DNA from: Antedon mediterranea
Lineage: Eukaryota; Animalia; Echinodermata
Direction: 5' to 3'
Length of the DNA: 64,000 nucleotides
Assembly (NCBI RefSeq): GCF_964355755.1
Contig: NC_092670.1
Location: 5,756,201-5,820,200, forward strand
Shown here: positions 1 through 12,706 of the stretch, in pieces
Layout of the letters: each line of letters begins with the position of its first letter
Position numbering within the stretch: position 1 is the first letter of the stretch
Program-made: the position numbers and the translations under genes
The notes under the pieces: model-generated
Told to the model about the DNA's origin: nothing
Database searches by the model: none
The model's input: the letters and a program-made list of their open reading frames with translations, nothing else

Positions 1-435
1 TTCACTAACAAGCAGCGGCAGAGTCTGAATTGTATGGCTATCAAGAATAACTAATTATCTTTATACTACGTTCTAATACTAGACTACGTAAATAGTTAAA
101 CAATGACTACTACTAATTCTACAATACAATAACATTACTACAATAACTACTACTGCTACTACAACTAGGCCTGGTACAGTACTACTAGGCCTAGTGTTAG
201 CTAGGCTCTAGGGCGTATGATGTTAGTACTACTAGGCTAGGCCTAGTAGTAGTCGTAGCAGTAGTACTTATTGTAGTACTATTGTATTGTAGTATAAACA
301 GTAGCTATTGTGACCTGTCAAGTAGTCCTTGGCCACCATTGCCTAACTAGCTACCCAATACTGCGTAGTAAAAGATAACATAGTTATTATTCGATGAGCC
401 ACACAATTCAGATTCTACCGCTGCTTGCTAGTGAA
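1..435. repeat. Long imperfect inverted repeat (foldback/MITE-like), probably cut by the window edge
   Basis: Reverse complement of 1-70 (ttcactaacaagcagcggcagagtctgaattgt...) matches 364-435 (...acaattcagattctaccgctgcttgctagtgaa). Inner arms also pair: 120-172 (acaatacaat...ctaggcct) with 239-290 (aggcctag...attgtattgt). Confidence 0.8.
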
Positions 436-519
436 TAGGCGGAGGGAGAGAAAGAGTGAAATAAACCGTGTATAAACGTATAATTATCAAATCATTCCCT
501 TTGAACAGGAACAATAATA

Positions 520-1020
520 TCATATAAATTAACAATATACGAATACGTATAATATAATAATGTTATATGTTATAAAGTAAGCTAGATGCGTTTAATATAA
601 TACAATTATATTATAATGTAATTGTAATGAATTTTATTAATAATATAATAATAAATGTTCATAATATAATGCTAAAACCAAATAATATAATGCAAAACGT
701 CATAATTTGTTAAAATGTTCACATAATATATTAGAAATAGATATAATATAATGTATTTTGATGCAACAATTTGTATAATATGATGCTAAAACCAAGTATT
801 ATAATTATAATGCAAAAGTATAATTCATTAAATACAATATATAATAATATTAAAAAATGATAGAATAATATAATATTTCGAATACTTCAGACAGCTGAGG
901 CTTCCCATATAATTCAGTACAATGGATACATATAATAAAAAGTGATATAATAATATAACATTTCGATTACTTCAAAACAGCTGAGGCTTGCCATATTATT
1001 ATTATCCATTCAACAATAAT
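520..1020. repeat. Very AT-rich low-complexity (ATAAT-like) region with short degenerate duplications
   Basis: Repeated ataatataat motifs. ttcgaatacttcagacagctgaggcttcccatat (~877) recurs at ~962, and atgctaaaaccaa occurs at ~669 and ~783. Confidence 0.7.
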
Positions 1021-1064
1021 ATATGAGCGTTCTTTATAAGATATTACTCTATATGATCTTTCAG

Positions 1065-3279
1065 GTCTACACAAACACAGCTAACTTCGATGTGGACATG
1101 CAAGCGGTCAGCAGATTTGTTAATCCTGAAAAGGTGTCGATTTCAGAGGCCAGGGGAAGCCCCCAAAAAAGGAGGCTTTCAATAGAGGGACCAGTCCTAG
1201 AAGTAATTACGACAATTTGTAGACTATTTTATAACACAATTTCCGCCACAATTTGCAATCTATTTTATTGTTGAAAAAAAAAAAATTCTTATTCAATCTA
1301 CAAATTGAACACAACCATACTGCGAATAAAAAAATATAATCAGTCATTTTATTACATTTAATATTTTTCCACCTATACACATTTTCCTTTTCAAGAAACC
1401 AAACGATGTATATAACTTTTCTATACATATTTATAGTTTACTTATACCACTCAAACGAACTATTGAACAATTAATATAAATGTATACATATACTTAGATA
1501 GGGTAGGCCTACACATAAATACAAGTTCATGCATGTGAATTGTGTTATTACAGTTATACATAAATATCTTTCATCGTCTTTAAAAATAATATGATATCAG
1601 TTTATTAATTAATAATGTTAATAACTTCTCATTACAATATACTTTTCCTTTAACTTTCCCAAACTCACAAACAAGACCCGCTTAAAAAAGAGTGCTCGTT
1701 TAAACGCTAGTTTCATTACTTCACGATTAAAAACTGAAATAGAAACAGTATATTATCAGTAAAGTATTCAACAGTAGTAACGCAGTAAAATAGAAAAAAA
1801 TTATAAACAACTATTATTACGTAACAACGAAATTATTCGGGATGTACGAAAAAGCGGAGAAAAATCAATGCGTTATAGAGTTTCGTTTTCATAATTTTCC
1901 AATTAAATCTTTTTACATCTTTGGTTAAAACATACAATTTCGCTTTCTCATTCTAAAATAAAAATCACAATGTTGCCTTAACATAATTATATTTCTCTTT
2001 TAGATCGGCCAACTGACTCAGGCACCAACCTACACCAGAAGAACACTAACCATGGGGACAAGAGAGGCCCCCATGAGTATAACGCTATGGGGGTCTGCGG
2101 CGGAAGATGCCGCAACCCTCACTGATAACATTATCGTGAGCGCAGTGGTAATTACTCAAGAAGGCCATGCCTCAAGCACGGCATCCACCAAATTTACGGT
2201 AAATTGCAACCCCATTCATATACCAAAACAAATCAATATACAAATAAACTTTTAAAAGTAGGCCTATCGTAAAATCACATAACCAGATATCCAATACCAC
2301 TAAACTATCAAATACCTTAATACCCACATCTTCAACTAAAAATACACTTTACGACAACCAACTAATCATTAAAAAATACCGTACAACATCAAATCAAAAT
2401 TACAAAACAAATTATTTAATGTAACTTATATTCCCATAACAAATTTTTACTTTTCCAGACAAATGGTGCAAGTAAATGCGATGTCGAGATCGTGGCAATT
2501 GGCGATATTAACGACGGGTAAGATTTTCTAATGATTATTAACAAAGTCCTCCCACATTTAATTCAACCCATACCAAAAAGTTTCTGCAATCTGCAGTTTC
2601 AATCATGTTTCAACAGTATTTAAACAAATAGTATTATTACTTTATGCAAATTGATGTCTTTTTCTTTGTTGTTTCATCATCGTATTATGTTTCGCATTTC
2701 AAATTTAAAACATACAAATCCAGGAACTAGAACCTTCGCAAAAATCTGCGCGCTCATGACAATTTTGTAAACGCCTACAATTGCCTGAAACGTACTGTTA
2801 TTCCATTGAAAATAAATTTTGAAAATTTTAACCGCGCGTACGCGCGCATACGTTACATGCGCTACGCACGTAATTGTATTGCCATTATGATGATTTATGC
2901 CCTGAAATGTATGAGTACCAAATTTTATTTAATTGTGATTCATAATTGTTAAGATAATTACAAATACGTGATTTCGTTAAACATTCGATTCCGACCGACA
3001 TAGTAAACTATAGAGTCGCGTCCACATGACTAAAAAACAAATAAATAAATAAACACAAACTGCAAACAATGTCTCAATATTTGTATTCTACTATTTATTA
3101 CATTTCCCTTTTTCAGGTACCCAATAGATATCGTCACTAACGAAGGGAAAACGTTTAAAGTTCCTGAAGAGTTATCGTTTACAGTAGGCCTAACCGATAT
3201 CCAACTACCGTTGTCGGCAACAATTTCCTACAACGCGGTTGCTGAAGTGACAGAATTAAAATATAAAACCGATAAATAA
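1065..3279 (+). CDS. 3' part of a spliced gene for an RPA-like OB-fold (ssDNA-binding-type) protein; exons 1065-1202, 2004-2198, 2459-2517, 3117-3279
   Basis: All introns are GT-AG with pyrimidine tracts, phases 0/0/2 are consistent, and the spliced frame is open to TAA at 3277-3279, followed by AATAAA. Peptide: VYTNTANFDVDMQAVSRFVNPEKVSISEARGSPQKRRLSIEGPVLE-IGQLTQAPTYTRRTLTMGTREAPMSITLWGSAAEDAATLTDNIIVSAVVITQEGHASSTASTKFT-TNGASKCDVEIVAIGDINDG-YPIDIVTNEGKTFKVPEELSFTVGLTDIQLPLSATISYNAVAEVTELKYKTDK*. The I.G.V.EIG...RR.L...ITLWG..A pattern resembles RPA70-type OB folds. Start exon not identified. Confidence 0.75.
2700..3037 (-). mobile_element. Truncated HINE/Helentron-type element in intron 3
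   Basis: Minus strand begins tttttagtcatgtggacgcgactctatag...gtcggtcgg (T-run, hairpin head, GTCG microsatellite remnant). CGCG-rich body resembles the main repeat interior. Left boundary approximate. Confidence 0.55.
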
Positions 3280-3366
3280 ATAAATGTTATGTTGTAGGCT
3301 ATTGCCAATTCAAAAATAAACCTAAACCTAAAACCGAGACCAACATTATTCTTTCTTTCTCCTCCA

Positions 3367-3468
3367 TTTTTAGTCGCGTGCTAACACGACTCTACACCTC
3401 ACAATGTCGGTCGATAAACACTAATTAAAGTTTGAGCACGCGACTGCAGCCATGTATATGGCCTTGTT
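3367..3468 (+). mobile_element. Minimal (~100 bp) HINE of a second family
   Basis: 5' ttttt-AGTCGCGTGCT..acacgact head, gtcggtcg, 3' subTIR AGCACGCGACT, then stem-loop gccatgtatatggc and cttgtt end. Confidence 0.65.
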
Positions 3469-3485
3469 GTGCCTTGCATATGTCA

Positions 3486-3590
3486 CCAAGGCCACAGCTG
3501 CAGTCAGCTACAGAAATTTGTGTTCACTGACCAACCAATCTACCAACCGACATATTGAGCTGCAAAGTCGCATTAGCACGCAACTCACAA
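3486..3590 (-). mobile_element. Degenerate inverted copy of the same mini-HINE family
   Basis: Minus strand reads gagttgcgtgctaatgcgact...atgtcggttggtagattggttggtc...gactgcagctgtggccttg, matching the 3367-3468 layout. Confidence 0.5.
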
Positions 3591-4400
3591 CTTGTAAATA
3601 TTCAATTTCATAACTAGTCAGCATATGGAAATTTATGTCAACTACTGGTGCATCTCATATTTCTGATTGACGTCAAAGTTGCACAACGTGACTTTTACAA
3701 AAATGGTCCATTTTTGTACACTAAAAATGACATTTTTTACGACAACTTACGTGCAAACGCACATTTCAAATTTCAAATTGCGCAAAATTAATCTGTAATC
3801 AACTTCCTGCATGTTATAATGAAGCACATCTCCGCTTACCCATACATCAAAATTTTCCCTTCACATTTTAAAATTGCTTACTTTTACGTCAATCCATTAC
3901 CTTTAATCTAAATTTTTATGACGTCATGATGTTCATAAACGTGAATAATTTGAGCCACTGATTTTCATCATTACATTAAATTTCAATATGCTATAGCTCC
4001 ACAGAATAAAAAAGTGATACGCATGAATACAATGTTTGAATTATAGAAACGAAAACATGTACACATTCTCCGCATCATATTTTGTTACGTTATCATATGG
4101 CCAGTTTCAATATAAAAATCGTATCTTCATATTTTACGTCATAATTCGTCAAATCACCAGCAAATACACTACCTATGTTATACGTATTCCAATACCTTCA
4201 ACATGTTAACAAGATGTTGCTCAGACAATTTCCATCGGAAAGAAATTTTCTGGTATCTTCGTCTTTCATTTTGACGACGTCATCAAGTTAAAAAATAGAA
4301 CTAAAATTGTTCCCGTTATTTTCATCTATGCTACACTGTATACAATAAACAGTATAGTGTATACTGTACTTCAATATACTTCCGACACAACATAGAAAGC
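3590..4400 (+). mobile_element. Old, internally deleted relative of the main 1.5-kb element body
   Basis: Collinear degenerate matches to the unit: gacgtcaaagttgcacaacgtgactt, cactaaaaatgacattttttac, aatttcaaattgcgcaaaattaat, tttttatgacgtcatgat, tcatatggccagtt, gttgctcagacaatttcc. Confidence 0.65.
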
Positions 4401-4784
4401 ACACTGACAACATTTTGTTTTCTTCAGTTTATAATAGCCACACCTTTTTTCTGTGCGCAATAGTTCAAATCCCGTTGTTTCTCCTATGGTTTATTGTATG
4501 TAATGTTTACATTATATACTAGATACATACAGTATACTGCACTAAAGAACAGCATTCAGCGCAACAATTTTCATCAGGTCATAATGACAATATTTCATTT
4601 TGTAAAAACTTGATAAAAAGCGAAAAATTTTGATACATAATTATGTATCTAAATTTGTAATACATTTTTTAAATGATAGAGGGCGCAAAACAATAATTTG
4701 CTTCATTCACCTCTAATACAAATCTCCTAACATGTTGGGTTAGCAGATTTTTAAATCTTTTCAATCTGATCGTTGTCAATGTTA

Positions 4785-5010
4785 GACACGGCCTCTTCTA
4801 TCTTCTCCTTTCATTCCTCGTTGTGCATGAACTGGTGTCTCCAACCTTCCCTTTTGAACTGCGCAGAGGCTGACCTAGCACGCTTCAATTTGAACTCAAC
4901 TGGGAATACGACTCCTCGGCAAGCTCCCTTTTGAATTTGCTCTTGCTCAACTTAGCATCAAGAACAGCAGATATCTGGTTAAACGTCTAAGTTTGGAGAC
5001 GCAGCAATGT
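4785..5010 (-). pseudogene. Decayed retrotransposon gag-like ORF fragment (DIRS/Ngaro-like)
   Basis: Minus strand gives NQISAVLDAKLSKSKFKRELAEESYSQLSS / frameshift / LKRARSASAQFKREGWRHQFMHNEE*KEKIEEAV. This resembles the FK..G...QF..N motif I recall from invertebrate tyrosine-recombinase retroelement ORF1. It carries a frameshift and a stop, and the family call is from memory only. Confidence 0.4.
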
Positions 5011-8000
5011 CAACCCTGGTTTCCAACTACGCCCTGTTCTGAATCCAAAACGGCAAAAAATAATTAGATAATGAGAAGAAAAACGCAAACTGGTGGTGTA
5101 AAGAACATAACAGTGTAACGTGTTGACCGCAAATGACTAAGCATACACCCTTTCCCACTACACCTGCACAAGTCTTTTGCATAACAACACAAGGCATACC
5201 AAACCCTGTCGTACAACTACGATGAGATATAAATTCACTTCTAAACACGTAATAAAGAGAATTACTAATTCCTAAAGATATATTTCTTTTATATTATATT
5301 TCTGATGACGTCAACATGCCTAACAATTTAAATTACATGGGTCAGAAATTACACTTTTACAGTCAATTTAATGTAATACATTATACACATTTATATACAG
5401 TAAAATGACGAATTTCATGTCCAGTTACTATACTATATATACTATATGACACAAAATAGACAGAATTTCGCAATAACAACATATTATATTCTTCAGTTCA
5501 GGTCATAATGCCATAATCTTTTTCCGTGTGCAATATTCCAACGTATGACTTTCACGTGGCGTTTGTCATGCGGATAACTAACTCGTCAAAGTGACGAGTT
5601 TCATGTCTAGTTATTTCTCTTCTTTCTTTCTGTATGATTTTTGTGGAACGCTTTTCTCGAAAACTTGCAAACATAACATTTTGTAACTTTCTCAACATAT
5701 CGTCGTGCACATGAAGATGTGCAGCGAAGCTTTTCATGATGTTTACAATTGCGCAACGTGACTTACGCGCGATTTAACGATTTTGTCGTATTTAACATAG
5801 CTCGACAACCAAATAACATTTCAACTTGAAACTTTGCAAAAGTTTAATTTATATCATGCGCTAACTTTCTGTTGAAAAAAAATTGCGTATTTTACACAAA
5901 GTTACGCGCGCACACGCATATAAAATTTCAAAATGCGCAAAATTAATTTTTAATCAACTTTCTACGCGTTTCATGTCGTTTTAAGCATGTCAACAATTCC
6001 CACGCGTGCGCACATTTTTACGTGTGCGGTGCGCACGTAGCATCGAAAACGTATTTTTTTTGCGTAATTTATGTTTTTCCAGCCTTTTCTAGTAATTTTA
6101 CCAAATTTTAAACAATTTCGACTTAAAGATACGTCATACGAGCACGTCGAATTGGACAATTTGCGCGCGTTTTTTATGAAAAGGTTAAAAAATTCGTTTA
6201 AAATATGCCTTTTTTTAAACAGTCGTAATTTCTAACCTAAACGGTCAAATTTTTGTGGATGACATATTCTAGAAGTAGATGAGTTATAGATATCGGATCA
6301 GGTATTAATATGGCTAACCGGACCTAGTGACGTCATCGTATGGCCACGCGAATATAAAATTTAGGATTTTTGTATCATTCGTCATAGCTCATCACATTGA
6401 ATAGAGCGCATCTCCACTTATCCGATTTCCATTTTCACCCCGATTTTGATATTGTCTAGGTCAATCAACTATCTTTCGCATGAGTTAAAAATATTTTAAT
6501 TTTTTTGACGTCATCATGCCTAAAAATTTAAATCACGTGTGGCATCAATTTCATCTTTACAGTAAATTTTAATCTGTTATAGCTCGAAAGAATAAAATGT
6601 GATAATCACGATTAAAACTTTTTCTGGAAGCTATTGGATTGTAGATACGAAATTATGTAAAAATGTTGCCAATCGGATGTTGTGACGTCATTATATGGCC
6701 AGTTAAATAAAAAAGGTCGTATTTTCATCTTTTGCGTCATAATTCATTACATTTAAAAGAGCGCGCATCAATATTTCACGTATTCAAATTTCTTCTACAC
6801 GCTAATACGTTGTTGCTGAGATAATTTCCTTTCGGAATTGCTATCTTCGCGTTTCATTTTAAAACCGTCAACATGTTAAAAATTGCAATAAATAGCGGGT
6901 CCCGTAATTTCACCTATTCTACACTGTATGTGATATGGATACAGATTATACTGTGTATACTATATATGAATTTAAATAATAAAATTCAGCAATAACAAAC
7001 ATATCATATTCTTCAGTTCAGGTCATAATGCCAACGTGAACACTTCCTTTTGTCCTCAACCTATCCCCTTAATGTTAATGTTGCACCACTTGCGCGGCGG
7101 ATAACCAAACTCGTCAAAGTGACGAGTTACATGTCTAGTATTTCTCTTCTTTCTTTCTGTATGATTTTTGTGGATCGCTTTTCTCTAAAACTTGCAAACA
7201 TAACATTTTGTAACTTTCTCAACATATCGTCATGCACATGAAGATGTGCAGCGAAGCTTTTCATGATGTTTACAATTGCGCAACGTGACTTACGCGCGAT
7301 TTAACGATTTTGTCGTATTTAACATAGCTCGACAACCAAATAACATTTCAACTTGAAACTTTGCAAAAGTTTAATTTATATCATGCGCTAACTTTCTGTT
7401 CAAAAAAAATTGCGTGTTTTACACAAAGTTACGCGCGCACGCGCATTTAAAATTTCAAAATGCGCAAAATTAATTTATAATCAACTTTCTACGCGATTCA
7501 TGTCGTTTTAAGCATGTCAAAAATTCCCACGCGTGCGCACATTTTTACGTGTGCGGTACGCACGTAGCATTGAAAACGTATTTTTTTCGCGTGATTTATA
7601 TTTTTCCAGCCTTTTCTAGTAATTTTACCAAATTTTAAACAATTTCGACTTAAAGATACGTCATACGAGCACGTCGAATTGGACAATTTGCGCGCGTTTT
7701 TTATGAAAACGTTAAAAAATTTGTTTAAAATATGCCTTTTTTTAAACAGTCGTAATTTCTAAACTAGACGGTCAACTTTTTGTGGATGGCATATTCTGGA
7801 AGTAGATGAGTTGTAGATATCGGATCAGGTATTAATATGGCTAACCGGACATTGTGACGTCATCGTATGGCCACGCAAATATAAAATTTAGGATTTTTTG
7901 TACCTTTTGTCATAGCTCATCACATTGAATAGAGCGCATCTCCACTTATCCGTTTTCCATTTTCACCCCGATTTTGATATTGTCTAGGTCAATCAAGTAT

Positions 8001-11000
8001 CTTTCGCAGGAGTTAAAAATATTTTAATTTTTTTGACGTCATCATGCCTAAAAATTTAAATCACGTGTGGCATTAATTTCATCTTTACAGTAAATTTTAA
8101 TCTGTTATAGCTCATAAGAATAAAATGTGATAATCACGATTAAAACTTTTTCTGGAAGCTATTGGATTGTAGATACGAAATTTTGTAAAAATGTTGCCAA
8201 TCGGATGTTGTGACGTCATCATATGGCCAGTTATATAAAAAAGGTCGTATTTTCATCTTTTGCGTCATAATTCATTACATTTAAAAGAGCGCGCATCAAT
8301 ATTTCACGTATTCAAATTTCTTCTACACGCTAATACGTTGTTGCTGAGATAATTTCCTTTCGGAATTGCTACCTTCGCGTTTCATTTTAAAACCGTCAAC
8401 ATGTTAAAAATTGCAATAAATAGCGGGTCCCGTAATTTCACCTATTCTACACTGTATGTGATATGGATACAGATTATACTTTGTATACTATATATGAATC
8501 TAAATAATAAAATTCAGCAATAACAACATATCATATTCTTCAGTTCAGGTCATAATGCCAACGTGAACACTTCCTTTTGTCCTCAACCTATCCCCTTAAT
8601 GTTAATGTTGCACCACTTGCGCGGCGGATAACCAAACTCGTCAAAGAGACGAGTTACATGTCTAGTCTGTATTCTTCTTATTTCTTTCCCATTTTTTTGT
8701 GAGTCACGTTTCTCTAAAATGTGTAAACATAACATTTTATAACTTTGACAACATGTGGGCATTTACGTGAAGTTGTGCATCTCCTATTTTGAATGACGTC
8801 TGAGTTGCGCAACGTGACTTGCGCGCGATTTTATGATTTTTAATGATTGATCATAGCTTAAAAACCAAGAGTAATTTTTTTTTTTACCCTTTATGAAAAT
8901 TTAAGTCATATCAAGGGCAAACTGTTAGTGCACTAAAAATGGCATGTTTTACAAAAAGTTACGCGTGGACGCGCATTTAAAATTTCAAAATGCGCAAAAT
9001 TAATTTCTAATCAACTTTCTACGCGTTTCATGTCATTTTAAGCATGTAAAAAATTCCCACGCGTGCGCACATTTTTACGTGTGCGGTGCGCACGTAGCAT
9101 TAAAAACATATTTTTTTCGAGTGATTTATGTTTTTCCAGCCTTTTATAGTAATTTTACCAACTTTTAAACACTTTCGACTTAAAGTTACGTCATACGAGC
9201 ACGTCGAATTGGACAATTTGCGCACGTTTTTGATGAAAAAGTACAAAAATTTGTCAAAATTATGCCTTTTTTTAAACAGTCGTAATTTCTAAACTACACG
9301 GTCAACTTTTTGTGGATGACATATTCCGGAAGTTGATGAGTTGTAGATATCGGATCATGTATTAATATGGCTAACCGGACATTTTAACGTCATCGTATGG
9401 CCACGCGAATATAAAATTGAGGATTTTTGTATCTTTCGTCATAGCTCATCACATTTAATAGAGCGCATCTCCACTTATCCATTTTCCATTTTCACCCCGA
9501 TTTTGATATTGTCTAGGTCAATCAACTATCTTTCGCATGAGTTAAAAATATTTTAATTATTATGACGTCATCATGCCTAAAAATTTAAATTACATGTGGC
9601 ATTAATTTCATCTTTACAGAAAATTTTAATCTGTTATAGCTCGTAAAAATAAAATGTGATAATCACGATTAAAACGTTTTCTGGAAGATATTGGATTGTA
9701 GATACAAAATCATGTAAACATTTGGCAAATCGGATGTTGTGACATCATCATATGGCCAGTTAAATAAAAAAAGTCGTATTTTCATATTTTGCATCATAGT
9801 TCATTACATTTAAAAGAGCACGCATTAATATTTTACGTATTAAAATTTCTTCTACACGTTAATATGTTGTTGCTGAGATAATTTCCTTCCGAAATTGCTA
9901 TATCAGTGTTTCATTTTCATACCGTCACCATGTTAAAAATTGGAATAAATGACGGGACCCGTAATTTCGCCTATCCTACACTGTATTAATATGTATACAG
10001 ATTATACTACGTATACTGTAAATAGTATATGACACAAAATATACAGCATTTAGCACTAACAACATATTATACTCTTCAGTTCATGTCAATATGCCATAAT
10101 CTTTTTCTGTGTCCAATGTATGACGTGCACGTGGCGTTTGTCGTGCGGATAACTAACTCGTCAAAGTGACGAGTTTCATGTCTAGTCTTTTTTTTTTTTT
10201 TCTGTATTATTAGTTATCCGCACTCAGCGGATAACTCCTTGTAACTGTCCTGTTTCATCATCTTTTTTTTAGTTATCCGCATTCAGCGGATAACTCCTTG
10301 TAACTGTCCTGGTTCTTTTTTTTCACATTATTCTTCGGTCTTTCTCTCTCACTTTTTGTGCAGAGCGTATCTCTAAAACGTGTTAACATAACATTTCATA
10401 ACTTTGTCGACATATGGGCATTCACGTGAAGTTGTGCACCTCCTATTTTTGAATGACGTCAGAGTTGCGCAACGTGACTTACGTGCGTTTTTATGAATTT
10501 CGCGTTTTTAACATAGTTCAAAAACCATTCAACAATTTAAATTGAAACTTAGCAAAAGTTTAATTTATATCTTGCGCTAACTGTATGTAGAAAAAAAATG
10601 GCATGTTTCACAGAAAGTTACGCGCGCACGCGCATTTAAAATTTGAAAATGCGAAAAATCAATTTCTAATCAACTTTCTATGCGTTTCATGTCATTTTAA
10701 GCATTTAAAAAATTCCCAAGCGCAAGCAATTTTTTACGCGCGCGCGCGCACGTAGCGCAAAAAAAAATATTTTTTCTCATGATTTATGTTTTTCCAGCCT
10801 TTTCTAGTAATTTTACCAATTTTTAAACAATTTCGACTTAAAATCATGTCATACGAGCACGTAGAATTTGATAATTTGCCCACGTTTTTGATGAAAAAGT
10901 TCAAAAATTCTTCAAAATTATGCCTTTTTTTAAACAGTCGTAGTTGCTAAACTAAACGGTGAAAGTTGTTTTTATTACATATTCTGGAAATTGATGAATT

Positions 11001-11737
11001 GTAGATATTGGATCATGCATTAATATGGCTAACCGGACATTGTGACGTCATCGTGGGGCCACGCGAATATAAAATATAGGATTTTTGTATCTTTCATCAT
11101 AACTCATCACATTTAATAGAGCGCATCTCCACTTATTTGTTTTCCATTTTCACCCCGATTTTTATATTATCTAGGTCAATCAACTATCTTTCACCTAAGT
11201 TAAACATATTTTAATTTTTATGACGTCATCATGTCTAAAAATGAAAATAACGTGGGTCATTTATTTTCATCTTTACAGTAAATTTCAATCTGTTATAGTT
11301 CGTCAGAATAGAACGTGATAATCATGATTAAAACGTTTTCTGGAAGCTATTAGATTGTAGATACGAATTCATGTAAACATTTTTCCAATCGGATGTTGTG
11401 ACGTCATCATATAGCCAGTTGAATAAAAAAAAGTCGTATTTTCATATTTTGCGTAATAGTTCATCACATTTAAAAGGGCGCGCATCTATATTTTACGTAC
11501 TCAAATTTTTTGTACACGTTAATATGTGGTTGCTGAGATAATGTCCTTCCGAAATTGATATCTTAGTGTTTCATTTTGATACCGTAGCCATGTTAAAAAT
11601 AAGAATAAACGTGGGGTCCCGTAATTTCACGTATTCTACACTGTATGTAACATGTATACAGATTAAATACCGTTTGCACTGTATACTATATGACACAAAA
11701 TTGACAGAATTCAGCACTAACATCATATGATATTCGT

Positions 11738-12706
11738 TAGTCTGGGTTCCAGACGGAGTTTTGTCTTAATATTAGTAAAAAGATAAATATTTTGGCACAT
11801 ATGGCGTTTCATACGTATACTACTTGAATTGGATACTCCGTCTGGGGAAACACGCACAAGTCACGTGGTTTGACACCAAGAATTCTTGGTGCATACGATT
11901 ATCCGGTTGACTAGTTTCAGCTGCATGCGATTGGCTACTCACTCGTACACTGTTTTAATATTCATATTTCAGAATTTCAAAGACTCAACAACTAAGATGA
12001 TGCGCATGCGCTATGTTACGTTTAGACAATGTGTACTTGGGTACATTTATGAAAGTTTCTGAAGGCTAGAAATTATTTTATATGCCTAGTAGTCTGGTAA
12101 ACATTTGATGGGATTTTTCTCAAGAACATGAAAACTCGTGATATGATAGGCTAGCTTCTCCGCAAAGCAAACATTGAATGGATCATTTATTACGCGGAGA
12201 TAATTTTGATCTAATTTCCACCCAGACCCTGTCCTGTTCTGTGTGGTGGTGTAGCCCTGTTGTTGTGTGCCGTCGGTGGTGGTATTTAGGCCTACTTTAT
12301 TGGCGTTTTATTTGGCAGGTCATACGTGCGAATTGAGTAGGACCTACGAAAGAGGCCTAGACCAAGGACTAAAAAATTAATAAACAAAACAACTTGGCAT
12401 TGCGATTTATATTTCAACAGTCTCGATCGTACATTCAGCACTGTACGTACTCGATCTTTTTCATTTTGAAACAAAATGATCATTGGTTGATTCGAAATCC
12501 ATATTTACATACCTCCCGCCCCATATAGCCAAATACGGTATGATAAACTACGTCATTCTTATCGGATGTTTGCGGTCTGCAAATCGATTTCTATACGTGT
12601 TTCACAAGTCTGTATTTTCAGACAAAAATCGCGGTCGAAATAAAAACAAATAAATAAAAAAAAATACATATATATATATATATAATACAGACTTGGGGCA
12701 AGTCTA
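11738..12706. mobile_element. 969-bp non-autonomous cut-and-paste-type DNA transposon (TAG...CTA ends, possibly Zisupton/KDZ-like) inside a type-B HINE
   Basis: Flanked by direct repeat GATATTCGT (11729-11737 and 12707-12715); the empty site catatgatattcgtaaattc is seen in sister copies (~15830, ~20645). Ends are TAGTCTGGGTTCCAGAC and CAGACTTGGGGCAAGTCTA, with internal IR ccagacggagt/actccgtctgg. Confidence 0.8.

Noticed and set aside
12292-12483. 63-aa ORF in the 969-bp insert (also 46769-46960) as a transposase
   Set aside because: Too short and no catalytic motifs; duplicated only because the insert is.
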